A DNA stretch of 24,078 nucleotides from an uncultured Acidimicrobiaceae bacterium (GCA_947258375.1 CAMYIJ010000056.1:1-24078), one strand, 5' to 3'; counted from the first letter of the stretch, positions 1-8,912 are shown. Program-made: numbers and translations. Notes: generated by a model from the sequence alone, not told the origin.

Positions 1-118
1 GTACGAGCTGCGCCAGGGAGTCTTCGTGGAGACAGCTCGGCATCTCCCGGGCACCCGGGCTCGGCTCGACGTCGGCCCCGCCGAAATCACAATCGACCCC
101 GCTGAGCTGCTGGCATAG
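1..118 (+). CDS. Uma2-family endonuclease, C-terminal fragment (5' end outside window)
   Basis: The open frame from position 2 to TAG at 116-118 reads YELRQGVFVETARHLPGTRARLDVGPAEITIDPAELLA. This parallels the C-terminal tail of the next gene (YRAVEGVFVEQGRYQPGATVTLEVAPDVSVSFDPAIFLD). The stop directly abuts that gene's GTG start. Confidence 0.45.
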   Translation, partial: YELRQGVFVETARHLPGTRARLDVGPAEITIDPAELLA

Positions 119-697
119 GTGATGAGCATGGACACAGCAACCTTGCAGCCGGGCGACCGGATCCCGATGTCGTGGGACGAGTACGCGGCCCTCGGCGAGA
201 ACGTACGGGGCGAATACATCGACGGCGAACTCGTCATGAGTCCATCGCGAACCCGTCGTCACCAGCGGATCTCCTTCAAACTGGCCAACCTATTCGACGA
301 CGCGCTGCCCGAGGGATACGAAGTCGTTGAAGCATGGGCCTGGAAGCCGGGCGACGACGAATTCATCCCGGACCTCATGGTGTTCGACACAACTGACGAG
401 CAGGTCCGCTACACCGGCGCGCCCCACCTCGCCGTCGAGGTCCTCTCCACCGATCTCGCCCGAGACATGATCCACAAGGCATGGAAATACGCCGCCGCCG
501 GCCTGCAGCGCTATTGGATCGTGGACCCGGGCGAGCCGGGTGAAGCCACCCCGGGCGGTGTGCCCGAGCTGATCGAGTACCGCGCCGTCGAAGGCGTCTT
601 CGTCGAACAAGGCCGATACCAACCCGGCGCGACTGTGACACTCGAGGTCGCCCCCGACGTGTCCGTCTCCTTCGATCCGGCGATCTTCCTCGACTGA
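119..697 (+). CDS. Uma2-family (DUF820, PD-(D/E)xK-like) putative restriction endonuclease
   Basis: 192-aa ORF with the family's typical layout: MSWDEYAAL...GEYIDGELVMSPSRTRRHQRISFKL near the N-terminus, then PDLMVF...APHLAVEVLS and YAAAGLQRYWIVDP. Recognised by eye. Confidence 0.8.
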   Translation: MMSMDTATLQPGDRIPMSWDEYAALGENVRGEYIDGELVMSPSRTRRHQRISFKLANLFDDALPEGYEVVEAWAWKPGDDEFIPDLMVFDTTDEQVRYTGAPHLAVEVLSTDLARDMIHKAWKYAAAGLQRYWIVDPGEPGEATPGGVPELIEYRAVEGVFVEQGRYQPGATVTLEVAPDVSVSFDPAIFLD

Positions 698-717
698 GCG
701 AGTCCACCCAGCTCGAC

Positions 718-3174
718 CTAACTGCGTTTCGGCCTTGCCGATGCCGGGTCGTCCGGCCACTCGTGTTTCGGGTAGCGCCCCGCCATGTCCTTGCGGACCT
801 CCGCCCATGAGCCGGCCCAGAACCCGCCAAGATCGCTCGTAATCTGCACGGGCCGGTCGGCGGGCGACAGCAGCATCAGCTGCACCGGCTCACCGGCGAT
901 AACCGGACCTTGCGTGGCACCGAAGAACTCCTGGACCTTGGCCGCGATCGTGGGGACTTCGCCGGAATAGTCGACCGCCACCCGCCGTCCGCTCGGGATC
1001 TCCACATGGGTCGGGACCAGCCGATCAACGTCCGTAGCCGCCGGATACCCAAGGTGGTTACGCAGCAGCTGCAGCAGGTCGAGCCGCGCTACGTCGTCGA
1101 GGCCGGTGGCCGCGGCGAGGTACGGGCCGAGCCAGGCGTCGCCGGTCGCCACCAGCCGCTTTGTCGACCAGTCGGGCCACGGATCCCCCAGACGGGCATG
1201 GAGGAATTCAACGCGGGCACGAAACGTGCTCGCCGCCCGGGTCCACGGCAGATCCCGCAGCTCGTTGTCCCCGATGCGTCGCAGCAATGCGGCCGTCACC
1301 GCGGGGCCCGGTTCGGGGCGCCGGTCCTGCGTGTCCAGGCTCACTCCGCCGAGGCGGCGCTGCTGCCGTTCGACCAAACGGTCACCCTCCCAGGTGAGAC
1401 TGACCTGGTCGACGATCTCGTGGGCAAAACGTTCGGCCACGTCGGCGGCGTCGATGGCCGCCGCCAACCGAATGCGGGCATCCTTGCGCTTTCCGTCGAG
1501 GTCGGCAGGCACCAGGAAGCTTTCCACCCCGAGTGGATCTGCGGCCGCCATCCACGCCGTGGTTCCGGTGCGGAGCTGGAACCGGCCCGGGCTGCCGCGG
1601 CGCACCGCCAGCCGGTCGGGGAACGCCAGCGCCAGCACCCGCCCCGTGCGGTCGGGATCGACCCCGCCGTCGGCAACTCCCGCCCTGCGGGCGAGGTCGG
1701 CGGCGTTACGCCGCACCCGCTGCAGCGATCTTCCCATCGCCGCCGGATGGGACTCGCCGGGGTCGGCCACCAGGCGCACTCGCAGCGCGATGTCCACGGG
1801 CACGTCGTCGGGATGGCCGCGCAGCACGTCACGATCGTCGACGAGCGCGGCCACAATGCACGCCAGCTGTTGATCGGCGCCGGCGTCAACCACCATGCGG
1901 GCGAGACGCGGGTGCAGTGGCAGCGTCGCCATGGTGCGGCCGCTGTCGGTCAAATGTCCCGATTCATCGAGGGCTCCGAGGAGCTGCAGCAGGCGGCGTC
2001 CCGCGGCGAATGTCTTCGAGGGAGGCCGGTCCAGGAACGCCAGATCGGCCGGGTCGGCGACGCCCCACAGTGCCAGCTCGAGCGCCAATCCGGCGAGGTC
2101 GACCTTCGTGATCTCGGGATCGATGTGGGGATGGCGGCCGCCGTGTTCAAGCTTGGACCACAGCCGATACGCAACCCCCGGCTCTACCCGTCCCGCCCGA
2201 CCGGACCGTTGATCCGCCGAAGCACGTGAGATGGAGATCGTCTGCAGCCGGGTCATGCCGTGGCGCAGGTCGAGCCGCGGGCTGCGGGCGAGGCCGGAGT
2301 CGATCACGACCCGCACCCCCTGCACTGTCAGGCTGCTCTCCGCTATGTCGGTCGACAGCACAACCTTGCGCACCCCCGGGCGGGGCGGAGCAAGGGCGGC
2401 GTCCTGCTCGTCCGCGGGCAAGCTGCCGTGCAGCAGCATCACGTCGGCACCGATGTCGCCGAGCCGATCGCGCACTCGCCGCATCTCGCCCATCCCGGGA
2501 AGGAACACCAAAACGTCGCCGGGCTCCGCGGCCACCGCCTCCCGGATCGCGGCGGCGACATGGGTCACCAGTCGGGCCCGGTCGCGGAACGGTTTCCAGC
2601 GGATTTCTACCGGGTACTCGGCGGCCTCGCCGACGACGATGGGCGCCGGATCGTCGCCGCCGAGGAGCGCCGCGACCCTGTCCGCATCGATCGTGGCCGA
2701 CATGGCGAGCAGGCGCAGGTCGGGCCGGAATGTCTGTACGGCGTCGAGCGCCAGCGCCAGCCCGAGATCGCTCTGCAGGTTGCGTTCGTGCAGCTCGTCG
2801 AAGATGACGAGCCCGGTGCCGGCCAGCTCGGGGTCCCGCTGCAGCCTTCGGGTGAGCACGCCCTCGGTGATTACTTCGACACGGGTCCGCGGGCCGACCC
2901 GGCGGTCGCCGCGGGTGATGTAGCCGACCGTTTCGCCGACCGGCTCATCGAGGAGGTGGGCCATCCGATGGGCGGCGGCCCGGGTGGCGATCCGCCGCGG
3001 CTCGAGCACGACGATCTTGCCGCCGCCGAGCCACGGCTCGGCCAGGAGACGGAGCGGCACCACGGTGGTCTTGCCCGAACCCGGCGGGGCTACCAGGACC
3101 GCAGAGGGTCGCGAGCCGAGGGCGGTGCGCAGTTCAGGAATCGCCCGTTCAATGGGGAGGCCGGTGTCGTCCAC
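718..3174 (-). CDS. hrpB: ATP-dependent DEAH-box helicase HrpB
   Basis: Helicase core motifs are present: APPGSGKTT (P-loop), FDELHERN (DEAH-type box), MSATID (SAT), plus a long HrpB-type C-terminal region. The longest ORF runs to 3465, but its first 97 codons have no helicase character. The in-frame GTG at 3174 immediately precedes the conserved N-terminus VDDTGLPIERAIPELRTAL and gives about 818 aa, the usual HrpB size. The start is therefore uncertain. Stop TAG at 718-720. Confidence 0.9.
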   Translation of the reverse strand: MDDTGLPIERAIPELRTALGSRPSAVLVAPPGSGKTTVVPLRLLAEPWLGGGKIVVLEPRRIATRAAAHRMAHLLDEPVGETVGYITRGDRRVGPRTRVEVITEGVLTRRLQRDPELAGTGLVIFDELHERNLQSDLGLALALDAVQTFRPDLRLLAMSATIDADRVAALLGGDDPAPIVVGEAAEYPVEIRWKPFRDRARLVTHVAAAIREAVAAEPGDVLVFLPGMGEMRRVRDRLGDIGADVMLLHGSLPADEQDAALAPPRPGVRKVVLSTDIAESSLTVQGVRVVIDSGLARSPRLDLRHGMTRLQTISISRASADQRSGRAGRVEPGVAYRLWSKLEHGGRHPHIDPEITKVDLAGLALELALWGVADPADLAFLDRPPSKTFAAGRRLLQLLGALDESGHLTDSGRTMATLPLHPRLARMVVDAGADQQLACIVAALVDDRDVLRGHPDDVPVDIALRVRLVADPGESHPAAMGRSLQRVRRNAADLARRAGVADGGVDPDRTGRVLALAFPDRLAVRRGSPGRFQLRTGTTAWMAAADPLGVESFLVPADLDGKRKDARIRLAAAIDAADVAERFAHEIVDQVSLTWEGDRLVERQQRRLGGVSLDTQDRRPEPGPAVTAALLRRIGDNELRDLPWTRAASTFRARVEFLHARLGDPWPDWSTKRLVATGDAWLGPYLAAATGLDDVARLDLLQLLRNHLGYPAATDVDRLVPTHVEIPSGRRVAVDYSGEVPTIAAKVQEFFGATQGPVIAGEPVQLMLLSPADRPVQITSDLGGFWAGSWAEVRKDMAGRYPKHEWPDDPASARPKRS

Positions 3175-3276
3175 CCGTGCAGCGTAGAGCCGACCGGGTG
3201 AACCGTCGGGCCCAAACGCGGCCGTCCGCCCGATCGGCTTTGCGATTCTGTCGGTGGCGTTTTGTACATTCGAGAC

Positions 3277-3546
3277 ATGAAAACCGAAGAACCCCTTATC
3301 GCTGGAGAGCCGATCTCTGTGCTGGATCGTGTCATCCCGTCGATCGTTGCCAAACGCCGCGCCGACGGATGGTTTGATGTTCAGTGGACGGCGGATTTGG
3401 AGACGGGCGCTGCCTGGATGCGAGCCATTGAACGATATGCCGCGGACCTCATAACGGCGGACCAATGCGATATACCGGCGAAACGTCGATCGGCAGCCTT
3501 CGTCAGGTTGGTCACTGAACTGGCAGAGGCGAGGCGGTCCACATGA
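3277..3546 (+). CDS. hypothetical small protein (about 89 aa), possibly translated from a leaderless mRNA
   Basis: The ORF track gives 3262..3546 (TTG start). The ATG at 3277 lies 6 nt after a TANNNT-type -10 hexamer TACATT (3265-3270), the geometry expected for an actinobacterial leaderless transcript. No recognisable domain. Codon usage is less GC3-biased than its neighbours. Confidence 0.35.
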   Translation: MKTEEPLIAGEPISVLDRVIPSIVAKRRADGWFDVQWTADLETGAAWMRAIERYAADLITADQCDIPAKRRSAAFVRLVTELAEARRST

Positions 3547-3570
3547 TATAGGGCGGGTGGGACCCTATAT
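3546..3570. promoter_or_regulatory. perfect 8-bp inverted repeat ATATAGGG-N9-CCCTATAT (operator or terminator-like hairpin)
   Basis: Read directly from the sequence: atataggg (3546-3553), 9-nt spacer, ccctatat (3563-3570). The AT-rich arms are conspicuous against the GC-rich background. It overlaps the last base of the small ORF's stop codon and lies upstream of the cyclase gene. No U-tract follows. Confidence 0.3.
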
Positions 3571-3802
3571 GGTGAGAGATCCTACGTCCCTGCAGCGCGC
3601 CGCGGCCGCGCGAGAAGTACCCGACAGACTCGCACCGACTGTCTCCCGTGTGGTCATGGCGTGTTTTCGCCGGGCCGGCGATGGCACGATCATCGAGAAC
3701 CGCTTCGCCCTACCCGACGGTCCTGCCCGAAGCCCATCACATACACCTGCCGAGCTAACGTCGACCGGGATTCGGCGTCAGATCGCCACGGGAGAGATCA
3801 CA

Positions 3803-5005
3803 ATGAGAGCGCTGCGACGTTTCTGGCGATGGTTGATGACAATCGGCGCCTACGAGGGCGAATCCGACGCCCAGGCCGGGAAGCGGCGGATAATCATCGG
3901 CTACATGTTCTTCGGCCAAATGCGCTGGCTCTTCTCGATGGACAGTTTCAGCCAGGGCCTGACAGTGGTGGGCTGGACCGACGTGGCAGCGGCGTCGATC
4001 AGCCTCCTATCTCTGTTTGTGTTGAGAGTGAGGCCGAGCTGGTTCGTCGCGATCGTGAACGCGTTGTTATTGACCCAGATTTCCGAGGTGCTGGTGCAGA
4101 GTGTTGCGCTCGGCGGCATCATCCCGTCCCAAGGGCTCATGTTGTTCGGCCTGTTGTCAGTGATTGGAGCCCTGATCGTGTTCAGCGCCCGAGGAGCGTT
4201 CTTCTGGTTCCTCGGCTACCTGGTCTCATTGGTGCTAGCAGTGTTGCTCTCTGAGTCCATCGATCCGCTGTACGAGGTGGAAGGAACCGCCGCCGGATTC
4301 GCATTTATCACCGCCAATGTTGCCGCCTTCCTGTACGCCGGTATGGCGTATTTCGTGCGGCAGCGGGATCGTTTTCAGCAGGAGTCCGATGACTTGCTGC
4401 ACAACATCTTGCCCAATGAGATCGCCACCAGATTGAAGGCGGATACGTCGATGATCGCCGACGACTTCCCCCACGCCAGTGTGCTCTTCGCAGACGTAGT
4501 CGGGTTCACGCCGATGTCGGCCACCATGACCCCACCGCAACTCGTGGGGTTACTCAATCAGGTGTTCACCAAGTTCGACGAGTTCGTTGAGGAACTCGGG
4601 TTGGAGAAGATCAAGACGATCGGCGACGAGTACATGGTCGCCGCCGGCGTTCCCGTACCGAGGGACGATCACGCTGAAGCCATCGCCGAGCTGGCGTTGC
4701 GGATCCGTGACTATATGGCGAGCAACGACTTCGATGGGCATCAGCTGCAACTGCGGATGGGGATCCACTCGGGGCCGGTGGTGGCGGGGATCATCGGGAC
4801 CCACAAGTTCGCCTACGACCTGTGGGGCGACACCGTCAATACCGCCTCCCGTATGGAGTCGGGTGGCATCCCGGGCAAGATCCAAGTCACACCCACCACC
4901 CACGAGCTCCTCTCCGGCAACGGCTTCCGATTCGAACCCCGCGGCACCATCGAAGTCAAAGGCAAAGGCCAAATGGACACCTGGCTTCTGACGGGCAAGG
5001 TCTGA
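3803..5005 (+). CDS. membrane-anchored class III adenylate cyclase
   Basis: C-terminal catalytic domain motifs: FADVVGFTPMS, EKIKTIGDEYMVAAG, LRMGIHSGPVVAGIIG, YDLWGDTVNTASRMES. The Lys (KTIGD) and Asp (YDLWG) pair points to ATP as substrate. About six hydrophobic helices precede the domain. The ATG at 3803 has GGGAGAG 6 nt upstream. The longest ORF (from 3557) adds 82 residues with no membrane or cyclase character. Confidence 0.9.
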   Translation: MRALRRFWRWLMTIGAYEGESDAQAGKRRIIIGYMFFGQMRWLFSMDSFSQGLTVVGWTDVAAASISLLSLFVLRVRPSWFVAIVNALLLTQISEVLVQSVALGGIIPSQGLMLFGLLSVIGALIVFSARGAFFWFLGYLVSLVLAVLLSESIDPLYEVEGTAAGFAFITANVAAFLYAGMAYFVRQRDRFQQESDDLLHNILPNEIATRLKADTSMIADDFPHASVLFADVVGFTPMSATMTPPQLVGLLNQVFTKFDEFVEELGLEKIKTIGDEYMVAAGVPVPRDDHAEAIAELALRIRDYMASNDFDGHQLQLRMGIHSGPVVAGIIGTHKFAYDLWGDTVNTASRMESGGIPGKIQVTPTTHELLSGNGFRFEPRGTIEVKGKGQMDTWLLTGKV

Positions 5006-5029
5006 CAGCACGCTCTAGCCTCGGGCGCC

Positions 5030-5410
5030 ATGGAAGACACCAACACCAGACCCGTTATCACCGTGCCCGATGGCGCGCCGCCCGCCGAGCTCGTAGTCGA
5101 CGATCTCGTCGTGGGCGACGGCGCCGAGGCCACCGCCGGCAAACAAGTCACCGTCGACTACGCCGGTGTCGGTTGGTCCGACGGCTTCGAATTCGACGCC
5201 TCATGGAACCGCAACGACCCGCTCACTTTCCGGCTCGGCGCCGGCCAGGTGATTGCCGGCTGGGACGAAGGTGTGCAGGGCATGAAGGTGGGAGGCCGCC
5301 GCCGAATCACCATCCCGCCGGAGATGGCCTACGGCTCGAAGGGAGCCGGCGGCGTCATCGGCCCGGATGAGACGCTGATCTTCGTCGTCGACCTGCGCCG
5401 CATCGGCTGA
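5030..5410 (+). CDS. FKBP-type peptidyl-prolyl cis-trans isomerase
   Basis: FKBP_C signature: VTVDYAGVGWSDGFEFDASW, FRLGAGQVIAGWDEGVQGMKVGGRRRITIPPEMAYG, LIFVVDL. Confidence 0.9.
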   Translation: MEDTNTRPVITVPDGAPPAELVVDDLVVGDGAEATAGKQVTVDYAGVGWSDGFEFDASWNRNDPLTFRLGAGQVIAGWDEGVQGMKVGGRRRITIPPEMAYGSKGAGGVIGPDETLIFVVDLRRIG

Positions 5411-5450
5411 GCGAATTCGCACGTTCCCGCCGGCTCGACCCTCAAGAAGC

Positions 5451-7325
5451 TCAGAGTTCGAGTGTGACGTGGATGGCGAGATGGTCCGACGCCCCGCCGC
5501 TTCCGATCCGGAGCTCGTTCACGGTCATGTCGGAAGTGACGAATACCCAGTCGGGGCGATCACAGTCCGAAGTCGGCTCTGCGGAGGTGGTGCGGCACGG
5601 GTCACCGGTTGCGCCGATCACATCGACGAGGCCGCCGGACGTGAAGATCGACAGTTCCGGATCGTCGGGGGCGAAGTTGAAGTCTCCGGCCACCACGAGG
5701 CGGGAATCCGCTGCAATCGCATCGACGAGTGCTTCGAGCTGCACCGCAGAACGACTGTGGGTGTGAGCCACGGCGACGACAACGTCCTCGCCGGGTGTCG
5801 CGATTCTGGCAATGGCGTAGCTACGTTGCTGGCTGCCGTCCTCGGGTAGCAGCCCCGAGTCGATCTCCAGCATCGGTAGTCGGGAGAGGATGGCGTTGCC
5901 GAATTGGCCGTCGGCGGCCGCAACGTAGAGGTAGTCCATCGCCAGCTCCCGTTGCAGGTATGCCGCCAGATCCATGGTGCCGTGAATGGGCCAGCCCCGG
6001 GCAACCTCCTGGAGGATGACGACATCGGCGTCTGAGGAGCGAATCTCGGCAACGATCCGGTCAGGGGCCAGCTGGCCATCGATTCCGACTGAGCCGCGCA
6101 CGTTGTAGCTGACCAGTCGCAGCTCCCCTTCTACGAACCCCACTTCGAGTGCCGGCGCGGCGATGGCCAGGGCTATTGGGGTGACGATGGCGAGCAGGGC
6201 GACCGCGGCCGCCGCCGGAGCGCTCAAGAGCCAATCCACCGCGGAGCCGGCCCGGGGCCGGCGCAGCGCCCACCATGCCACGACGCCGGCGGCCAACGCC
6301 GGCACAGCCTGGCGCGGGAACGGCAGCGGCTGGTCGATATCCAGCGACCACAGCAGCACGAGGGCGAGAAACAAGACGCTGCCCGCGGTCGCCCGCAGGA
6401 CCGTCGCCCGCCAGGAGGGATCGACTGTGCCGGCCACCGAGCGCGCCAATAACCCAGTTACTGCAGCCTGCAAGCCGACAACGATCACCGCCACGAAAAT
6501 GCCCTCGATCAGCGACACGCCCCACGCCGCCAGAATCGCCACGCCGGCGACGCCCGACGTCGCGGCCGCGGAGATTCGCCGCCCCAGTTGGGCGGCGGCG
6601 ATCGCGGCCACACTGCCGGCCAGCACCGTCAGGGCTGCCGCCGTGTAGCCAAACCCGCCCTGGGAGCCCACGAAGGCGATGTTCTGCAGGAACAACAGCT
6701 GCAGAACCAGGTACGCCCCGAGGCCAATCCAGAAGCTGGGCGCCAATCCACTGCCGTCCTTTCGGCGCGACATGCCGGCGTCCCGCACCGCAAGGCCGAC
6801 GAGGGCGACGGCGATTAGTACAGCGATCACGAGGGAAGCTGCGCTGGATTGCCAGACGAGGTCCCACGTACCGAACGCAGCCCGCAGCGCGGCGTCGCCG
6901 GCGAGGCCGAAGACGATCGCCGGCACCAGCGAGCCCGATCGGACCAACTCGGTGAAGGAGAAACGTGCGATGAATATGGTGGCCCCGGCCAACGCCGCGC
7001 CGACGGCCACCACGGCCAGCCACGCCGGGATCGGGTCGATCAAGCGCAACCCAACCAGTACGCCCGCAACGATGGCGGCCCCGGCGGTCACGGCCGTTGC
7101 GGCCTCTATGCGAGTGGCCGCCAGTGCAATGACGGGGGCGGCGAAGGTCGCCATTGCCACCAGCCCGGCCAGCACGAAGTTCCAGTCCTCACCGATCTCG
7201 TACATGATCGGAAACAGCACCCGGGCCACCTGAGCGACCGCGACCACGAGCAGAGCCACCAGCACCTGGCCGCGCCCCGGTATGGACACGGTCTCTTCGG
7301 CCCTGGCTCCGTCTCGTCGATCCAT
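5451..7325 (-). CDS. polytopic membrane protein with C-terminal endonuclease/exonuclease/phosphatase (EEP) domain
   Basis: The first ~390 aa are almost entirely hydrophobic helices. The last ~230 aa carry EEP motifs: LVSYNVRG, VVILQEV, GNAILSR, VAGDFN, SDHLAIHVTL. GGGAGGG lies 5 nt upstream of the ATG at 7325. Confidence 0.8.
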   Translation of the reverse strand: MDRRDGARAEETVSIPGRGQVLVALLVVAVAQVARVLFPIMYEIGEDWNFVLAGLVAMATFAAPVIALAATRIEAATAVTAGAAIVAGVLVGLRLIDPIPAWLAVVAVGAALAGATIFIARFSFTELVRSGSLVPAIVFGLAGDAALRAAFGTWDLVWQSSAASLVIAVLIAVALVGLAVRDAGMSRRKDGSGLAPSFWIGLGAYLVLQLLFLQNIAFVGSQGGFGYTAAALTVLAGSVAAIAAAQLGRRISAAATSGVAGVAILAAWGVSLIEGIFVAVIVVGLQAAVTGLLARSVAGTVDPSWRATVLRATAGSVLFLALVLLWSLDIDQPLPFPRQAVPALAAGVVAWWALRRPRAGSAVDWLLSAPAAAAVALLAIVTPIALAIAAPALEVGFVEGELRLVSYNVRGSVGIDGQLAPDRIVAEIRSSDADVVILQEVARGWPIHGTMDLAAYLQRELAMDYLYVAAADGQFGNAILSRLPMLEIDSGLLPEDGSQQRSYAIARIATPGEDVVVAVAHTHSRSAVQLEALVDAIAADSRLVVAGDFNFAPDDPELSIFTSGGLVDVIGATGDPCRTTSAEPTSDCDRPDWVFVTSDMTVNELRIGSGGASDHLAIHVTLEL

Positions 7326-7381
7326 AACGTCCCTCCCTGAGCGAATACTACGTCGATCGGCCGCACGTCCCCGCCGCTACG

Positions 7382-7405
7382 AGCCCGCGCTGACTAGCGC
7401 GGGCT
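7382..7405 (-). terminator. 10-bp perfect stem / 4-nt loop hairpin 12 nt downstream of the VanZ-like gene
   Basis: agcccgcgct (7382-7391), loop gact, agcgcgggct (7396-7405). It sits just after the TAG stop at 7418-7420 on the minus strand. No U-tract follows, which is common for high-GC actinobacterial terminators but lowers confidence. Confidence 0.4.
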
Positions 7406-7417
7406 GACATGGTGAGG

Positions 7418-8038
7418 CTACGACGCGCATGACGGCCGTCGCGGGCGCACGGCCCAGGCGACGGCGCCACTCACGGCGACACCCATGAACGTGGCGAAGA
7501 TGTTGAAACCGATGTCGATCGGGTCGAAAACGCGGCTCGGGAGGATCAGTTGAATCCCCTCATCGACCACGCCGATCAGCGAGGCCGCGCTAATCGCAAC
7601 CAGACCGGGGCGCACCACCGTGCGCCCGGCGCTCGATCGCTCGAGCAGCGCCTCGTGGATGAGGATTGCCAGGAGGCTGTACTCGAACAGGTGCGATCGC
7701 TCGATCGGGCTCGCCGCCCGCAGGAACACGAGGGCGTATACCGCCACCATCCCGACGGCGATGGCTACGGGCAGTGTGCGCGGCGCCCGACCTTTCATGC
7801 CTAAAAGTGCGACGACCGCGAAAAGCACCAGGAGCGCCAGCGCCGAAATGTTGTCGAGCATGTTGCGGTTGGTGAGCTCAGCCGCCAGGGTCTTTGCCAG
7901 GCCGAGAGTCGAGTAGATGGCGACGACTACCGCCGCAACCAGCAGCCACAGGTTGCGCTCCCGGCTGGTGCTGAATCGGGTTGTGGAGCTGGAGGCAACC
8001 ATGGCCGCACTATTGCCGTCCCCCGGTGACCGGGCCAT
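7418..8038 (-). CDS. VanZ-like family membrane protein
   Basis: Four to five hydrophobic helices and a VanZ-like C-terminal block: HLFEYSLLAILIHE ... VVDEGIQLILPSRVFDPIDIGFNIFATFMGVAV. An alternative start is the internal Met 12 codons downstream. Confidence 0.6.
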   Translation of the reverse strand: MARSPGDGNSAAMVASSSTTRFSTSRERNLWLLVAAVVVAIYSTLGLAKTLAAELTNRNMLDNISALALLVLFAVVALLGMKGRAPRTLPVAIAVGMVAVYALVFLRAASPIERSHLFEYSLLAILIHEALLERSSAGRTVVRPGLVAISAASLIGVVDEGIQLILPSRVFDPIDIGFNIFATFMGVAVSGAVAWAVRPRRPSCAS

Positions 8039-8111
8039 AGCGGAAGGCCCCTAGTTCGGTGCCAAGAGCAGCGAGCCCGACTCCCGGGACGTCGCGGTAG
8101 CCTGCCGAGTA

Positions 8112-8912
8112 ATGGCCGAATCCCTGTTCATCCCCGACGGCGATCACTTTGTGCCGACCGAGCTGACCCGCGGCGGCTGGTCGGACGTTGCCCAGCACGG
8201 CAGCCCCCCATCGGGACTGCTCGCCGCCGCTATCGAGGCTGTGTCGACCATTGCGCCGATGCAGGTCGCCCGGTTCACCATCGACCTCTTCCGCCCCGTC
8301 CCACTCGAACCGCTGCGACTGGAGACGCACGTACTGCGTGATGGCAAGCGCATCCAGGTCGTTGAAGCGATGCTGCGGCACAGCGACATCGAAGTCGGCA
8401 GAGCAACCGCACTCAAGATCCGCACCACCGACGTGCAGCTACCCGACGTCGAGCAGGAACCCTGGGAGCAGCCACCCCCGCCGCAGGAGGCTACGGCCAT
8501 AGGGGGGTTCTGGAAGTTTGGATCGGATCTTGTCCGATTTCATCGGGATGCCGTCGAGATCCGCTCGATCGACGACAGCTTCATGCAGCCCGGCCCCGGG
8601 CTCTCCTGGTTCCGACTCAAGCAGCCGGTGATCGCCGGTGAGGAACCGACGCCATTCGTCCGGCTGGCCACCCTGGCCGACATGTCCAACGGCAACTCCC
8701 AGGCGCTCAACCCCGAGGCGTACATCTACGTGAATCCCGATATCACGCTGTATGCCCATCGACTACCTGTCGGCGAGTGGGTTGGCATGAAGTCGGCCGC
8801 CCACCAGCACCGCTCGGGCATCGGCCTCGCCGACACACGGGTCTTCGACGAGACGGGTCCGCTGGGCCGGATCAACCAAGCGCAACTACTCGATCGCCGG
8901 CCCGGAGGCTGA
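8112..8912 (+). CDS. acyl-CoA thioesterase-like (double hot-dog, TesB-like) family protein
   Basis: 266 aa. The N-terminus FIPDGDHFVPTELTRGGWSDVAQHGSPPSGLLAAAIE and the overall length resemble actinobacterial 'thioesterase family protein' entries. Recognised by eye only. Confidence 0.7.
   Translation: MAESLFIPDGDHFVPTELTRGGWSDVAQHGSPPSGLLAAAIEAVSTIAPMQVARFTIDLFRPVPLEPLRLETHVLRDGKRIQVVEAMLRHSDIEVGRATALKIRTTDVQLPDVEQEPWEQPPPPQEATAIGGFWKFGSDLVRFHRDAVEIRSIDDSFMQPGPGLSWFRLKQPVIAGEEPTPFVRLATLADMSNGNSQALNPEAYIYVNPDITLYAHRLPVGEWVGMKSAAHQHRSGIGLADTRVFDETGPLGRINQAQLLDRRPGG

Noticed and set aside
910-2229. 439-aa plus-strand ORF antisense to hrpB, together with similar long antisense or out-of-frame ORFs at 2260-3201, 6061-7023, 9200-10258, 10796-12166, 14968-15957, 16110-16925, 17417-18166, 20184-20819 and 20921-21871
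   Set aside because: Their Arg/Pro/Gly/Ala-rich translations are typical of stop-codon-poor alternative frames in high-GC DNA. Each is fully shadowed by a gene with clear domain motifs on the other strand or frame.
3175-3465. 5' extension of the hrpB ORF (97 codons)
   Set aside because: It has no helicase similarity, would make the protein about 100 aa longer than typical HrpB, and overlaps the divergent small ORF and its promoter-like hexamer.
3557-3802. 5' extension of the cyclase ORF (82 codons)
   Set aside because: It has no hydrophobic or cyclase features and mixed third-position composition. A better SD-led ATG is at 3803. It is not excluded, only less likely.
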